DNA of 55,922 nucleotides from Catajapyx aquilonaris (Eukaryota): NCBI GenBank assembly GCA_000934665.2, contig JYFJ02002493.1, positions 1 to 55,922 of the forward strand, read 5' to 3'. Shown piece by piece: positions 51,011 to 55,922 of this stretch (position 1 is its first letter; each line of letters starts with the position of its first letter). The notes under the pieces were generated by a model. It saw only the letters and a program-made list of their open reading frames with translations, ran no database searches and was not told where the DNA came from. The position numbers and the translations under genes were made by a program.

Positions 51011-54000
51011 CAAAGGTGGAGCACACCTGGAACTCATAAAGGCCACTGACTGCTCAGCAATTTCCTCTAATGGGTTCATTCATCTTGGCCGCAATTGGTC
51101 GTTAGAGTCATGGAGGAAGGAGCATTGAGGTCGCACTGGAGTGTTCAATCAGCATCAAATAACAAGAATCCATATTGAGCTGCTTTTCCTCATGGCCGCA
51201 GCAATATATTACTCCCTAGCTCTGATGAAATATGCATATAGGGAAGATAAAAATGGCCCGCACCTTGGCCCGTATGCCCGCAAATCGTCCCCCCCCCCCC
51301 TCCCCTTCGCAGTCTAATTATTGTGTTGAGTGTTATTTATGGCATCATTTTAAAATTGGCAATACTTTCTGGGGCCAGGTTTGGCACGCCTTTGAGCATG
51401 TTGCAAAACGGCTAAGAGTTTGAGGGAGCAGGACGCGAGAAATTTGCATTCTAACAGGCTCCTTTCCGCATCATGGAAGCTCTCCCACATTGTGCATACA
51501 GAGTGATCTTTCTTGCTTTGAGCTTACTTGCCATCGACGCAGAAGCTCATTCAAAATGATTGCCCCCACAAAAATAACCGCGATCTAAATATAGCTGGGA
51601 AGATAATGCATTTCTACCAAAAGCCAGATATGATTCGTCCATTAATATGTTATGGGATACCTTTCGCATGATATTCGTCCCAGTCTGCCGACACACTGTG
51701 CGTCATCACTTATTTTCAGACATCAACCTTCTATATAGCCGGATAAATACAAGACCTTTGTAGTAAAAACCCGCACTTAAATTTAAAATGGAAGTCAAAG
51801 TAATGCTCTTGGGTTCTTGAAAACATGGACTGACTGTGAGTGGCTATTGTGTTGCCAATAGAGAAAATATATAGCTGGCCATATTTTATTTCTTAATTCG
51901 CGTTTATACAACCCTGAATCTGGAATGGACTGCATTGATGATGCATTTTATGCTAATGAGTAAGTGGAAATTAATTTTGGTTGACGCGGAGCACAGACCT
52001 CGCCAATTAATTACAACTCTGGCGGAGAAAGATCACTAATAACTGTTTCCCCTTCCACATAAAAAAGCTCAATTTGTATAAAATATCACCGGCTATGGCA
52101 TTGGCCAAATGGAAAGCTTCAATTTCAATATTAACTGTCTATATACATTGTGATGTTGAGTCTGGTGAATTAGTGTGGCACATAAATTACACTAATTGCC
52201 AATTAATGATCCGTTTATTGTCCTGCATGGAAGTTCCTTTGTTGACGATAAATGCAAGATAAACCATTCGAAAATCCCTGCTTGCTCAGCCAGTGGTGGT
52301 GCCAGTTTTGCTTAGGAATTCTGGTAGAATATTAGGCCTCATGGGGCAAACCACAAAATATGGCAATAGTGTGTCAGAAATAAACAGTGTTTTAATTATT
52401 TATATTTGTCACCTTTTAAATTTATCTGGGTGTTTGACGTCATTTAGGTTATGGTTCTGGTTTTCACATTCTAGAAGATGTATCAGTGCCTGCTGCTACG
52501 CACAGTTTTGCATTTCAGTAGTTCAAAAGAATTGATTTCCAGAACTTCTACGAGTAATAGCAATGTCGAAACTTTACAACATTTATAGATCACAAAATTA
52601 TGTCTCTCTCTGGTATGCTACTGGCCACGTAATGATACCGCATTTAATGTTCTCTCCAAAGGAATGGAAATAGGCTTTCCTCAACAACGTACTTTTGTTC
52701 TCCAAAGTACGTAACATACAAAAAGTGGCATAAATAGCACCAAATTGCCGGTTACTACGACAAAATAGCCCTAAAATAGGAACGGCGGCACCTTTAATGA
52801 CTCCACCCCCTACTCACTGCGAATCCCATCGATACTCTTTGTCCATGGTGAATAAACTAGGGAAATTAGCAGGTGGGATTATAACCAAAGAGAGCCGTGA
52901 TAGAACACGTCGCCCCGTTTTGGTTCGTTGATGATTCGGTCTAAAGCCATGTGCTACAGATAGGTGTGAGCTGCACGTCAAAAGTGAGCCACACTCGTCA
53001 GTTTGGAACACAGATTATAGGCTTTTATGTCAATATTTCTCTACTTCTCTCGGAATACACACACTGATTCTGCACGAATTTGAAAATATATACAAGTCTT
53101 ATTCAGTCGCAAAACACCTTGCAATTATCGCAACTGTAAACTTAAAAATTGTGACAAAATTTGTAAGGTAAATATGTAGTAAGCTTATCAAGAGAATCCA
53201 CAGATTCAGTTCAGAAATCCTGGGCTTGCCTCTGAGAAACTTATGATGAGAAGCCGTGAACGGAGACGGTGACTTGGAGAAACTTTTCGGCTGCTTTGAA
53301 GTTTCAAAAATGCGGGTTTTCATGATGTGATGAGGACCGGGCCACGACGGTCGATTTCAACAAGAAAAAAATATTTCCGTGGAAGACATAACCAGAAACA
53401 GAGAATGCAGATCAACTTATGCATATATACTACAGCCAGTCTGAGTGAAAGAGGAGGTAGACTTACCTTTAACTCAAAGAAAACAGTTTTCTTCCCCTTG
53501 GTTTCTGGATTTCTCCGTATTTGCTTGACGCCGCGCGTCGAGTGACTACCATCTCTCTTGATATACTTTGGATATACAGGATGCGGTACATACTCGGAAA
53601 GAAAGGCGACAGACACGATGAAGATAAATTGCTTCAGCGAAAGACAATTTTCAGTCTTTGTACACGGAATCCATTTTACAGAGTCGCAGAAACTGGGAGT
53701 CACTGACCTGAAAAGGACAAAAAAACAAAAATCATGCAGTTATACCTGGAGTATTTTTATTCGGAGTTTCCGAATTTTTCTAATGTGATTGCGAAGTTGA
53801 AATTAGAGTTTGATTAAGTGCATTAGCCTCTACGGAGACGGCCTGTACTGTAGAAAGATACAGAATCTTTGACACGTCCTTCCCAGGTGAGCCAAAAACT
53901 CGTACCAATTACTCTTCGTACAGTAGGCCACATGGGAAGGAAAGAGACGAGAGATTCCATCACTCTAGGAAACTTTGATTTTGTAGATTGGCTCCTGTTC

Positions 54001-54746
54001 GCAAAAAAAATATCCGTAACCTTTCAAGCCATGAAAAAACTGACATGTCTCTAATTATGTACTGATAGACAGGCAGATAGCGAGGCAATAATGTCAGAGT
54101 AAGCAAAGAGAGCAAGTTAGTATAGGAATTATCACCCTTCATAGGCTGATACTCGTAAATATTTACGAAGCAATAATTTTTATGTATGGCCGATAACAGG
54201 ACAGGGAGATTTTGTTACAAATTCTTTTAAAAGCTTTTACGATCGAACGGTAGTTACTTTTTGACTGCGGTAATATGTCAAACCAATGAAAATGGCAGGT
54301 CTAAACACATGGTGGTATGTTACGGTGCAGTTGATAACCTCTGAACTTTCTAACTAAAGAGGATTATGTAAAAATATATCTAAAATCTATTACCCATTAT
54401 ATACTTGCAGCTTGCTGTGATAGTTAAATCACTGCAATTGATTTTTATATCCAGTAATTAATTTTGAAATGTAAAATGCGTACATTACAATCCCCTGGAG
54501 GATGGACAACAGCGGCTTCGGTATAAGCTTTTAGACTTTTCCGTTTTGAAAAATCGCGACTCGTATTAATTGCAACAGTAAAATTTCACATTATCTAGAA
54601 AGTTCAAAATATATTGCTTTGCATTTACTTTTGGAAGTTAGATGTAAGCTACATTCCTTTTGACCATAACGACCAGGATTCACTTTCAAAGTGGGCTTCA
54701 CTTGCTACATACTGAATGCGGAATACTGAATAATACTGCTATTAAA

Positions 54747-54870
54747 GGGCTTGTTCACACGTGGCCATTTCAGTCGCGCGCCACAGCAACTGACCACTGC
54801 AGTCGCTCGGGCCGGTTCACACGTGGCCACTTCAGTCGCGCGCGACAGCCACTGCCCACTGCAGTCGCTC
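54747..54870. repeat. Tandem duplication of a 62-bp Harbinger-TIR-like unit
   Basis: 54747-54808 and 54809-54870 are near-identical (GGGC..GTTCACACGTGGCCA.TTCAGTCGCGCG...CACTGCAGTCGCTC), preceded by TAA-A. Confidence 0.8.
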
Positions 54871-55505
54871 GCGTCCGGCACTGCACTGGGGCAGAAGCTC
54901 GACACAACAGGTGGGCCAGTCGTATGCAGTGTGTCATTCCAGAACATGCACCATTGATACTCTTATTGAAAATGAAGAAAATAATAGTGCAGGCAAAACA
55001 GGAAAATTCATGTTCAGAGGACTGTGCCATACCCTATTTGAGGATCCTTTATCCGAAATCAGAAAGTGTTTTTTTTGTTCTGACATGACACGTCACAAAT
55101 AGAAAATTCCAAATGATTGTGACATGACTATCGTCATTTACTGTACGTACTCTCTCTGTATATGCATGTATAAAAGTTACTAAAAATTTATACAAATATT
55201 CTGAAATCCGAATAATTCCAAGTCCCAACTCCCAAGCATTTCGGGTGAAGGATTCACACCCTGTACCAAGATCTGCGGCAAGATGATGAAATGTTTTTCG
55301 ATATTTTCAGCAGCTGATGCGTCCAAAATACTGAGATGGGCCTCGACTTCCGATATAAAGTCTTCGACATTAATTTCTTCAACTAATGGGGTCCTAGCCT
55401 ACATTTTGCAAACCCATGTAAAAAATCGTCCTTATTTTTAAATGAATTTTGGTGTTTTTTTGTTTGAAGAAATACACATTAGTTTTCGAGCTATGATCGA
55501 TCTAA

Positions 55506-55672
55506 AGGCCTGTTTCCACCGGCATAATTTTTTATTCTGGACAAAATTAAAGCCAGAACAATTTTTTGTTGCTAAGCGATTAATACTGTAATAAAGTTTG
55601 CTTGATTTTGTGCTCTATTTTTGTGCTTTTCATTTTGTGCTCAAAAATAATTATGCCGGTGGAAACAGGCCT
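55506..55672. mobile_element. PIF/Harbinger (Tourist-like) MITE
   Basis: TIR AGGCCTGTTTCCACCGGCATAATT / AATTATGCCGGTGGAAACAGGCCT. TSD TAA at 55503-55505 and 55673-55675. Confidence 0.92.
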
Positions 55673-55922
55673 TAAGATCCTAATAATTACACGGTATCGT
55701 ATCGCCCTCTGACGTCACTTGTCCATAGATCGGTTCAGAGGCAGGAATGCACCCGGGTTGCTTTGTTCCTTTGTTTGTTGACTAACAACGGAATCGAACG
55801 GTTCCACGATAAGGCCGAGAATGGCGGGGGCCAAGCCACGCCCACAAGTCTACATGACCTTGTTTACCTTCATGCTCACTGCGGGGCCCCCTTTACGCGC
55901 CTATTTGAAAAGTGGCCCCTGT

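Overview
Repeat-rich, AT-rich eukaryotic DNA, probably from an invertebrate (arthropod-like, inferred from the SINE and MITE types). There is no long ORF. The clearest gene is invisible to the ORF track: a two-exon minus-strand gene (CDS 6445-6305 + 6244-6161, 60-nt GT-AG intron, AATAAA just downstream). It encodes a 74-aa secreted prepropeptide ending in an 8-Cys knottin/toxin-like peptide (C-C-CC-CC-C-C). Weaker candidates for small secreted-protein genes or pseudogenes lie near 23.8-24.1 kb (+), 36.3-36.7 kb (-), 52.7-53.7 kb (-) and 8.3-8.6 kb (-). The rest is a transposon landscape: TA-flanked Tc1/mariner-type MITEs, hAT MITEs with 8-bp TSDs (one nested), PIF/Harbinger MITEs, and tRNA-derived SINEs, three of which have different bodies but one shared 3' tail. 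There are also decayed mariner, Harbinger and possibly KDZ transposase fragments, a near-perfect 290-bp palindrome and (AAT)n microsatellites. All family assignments come from reading motifs by eye, not from database searches.
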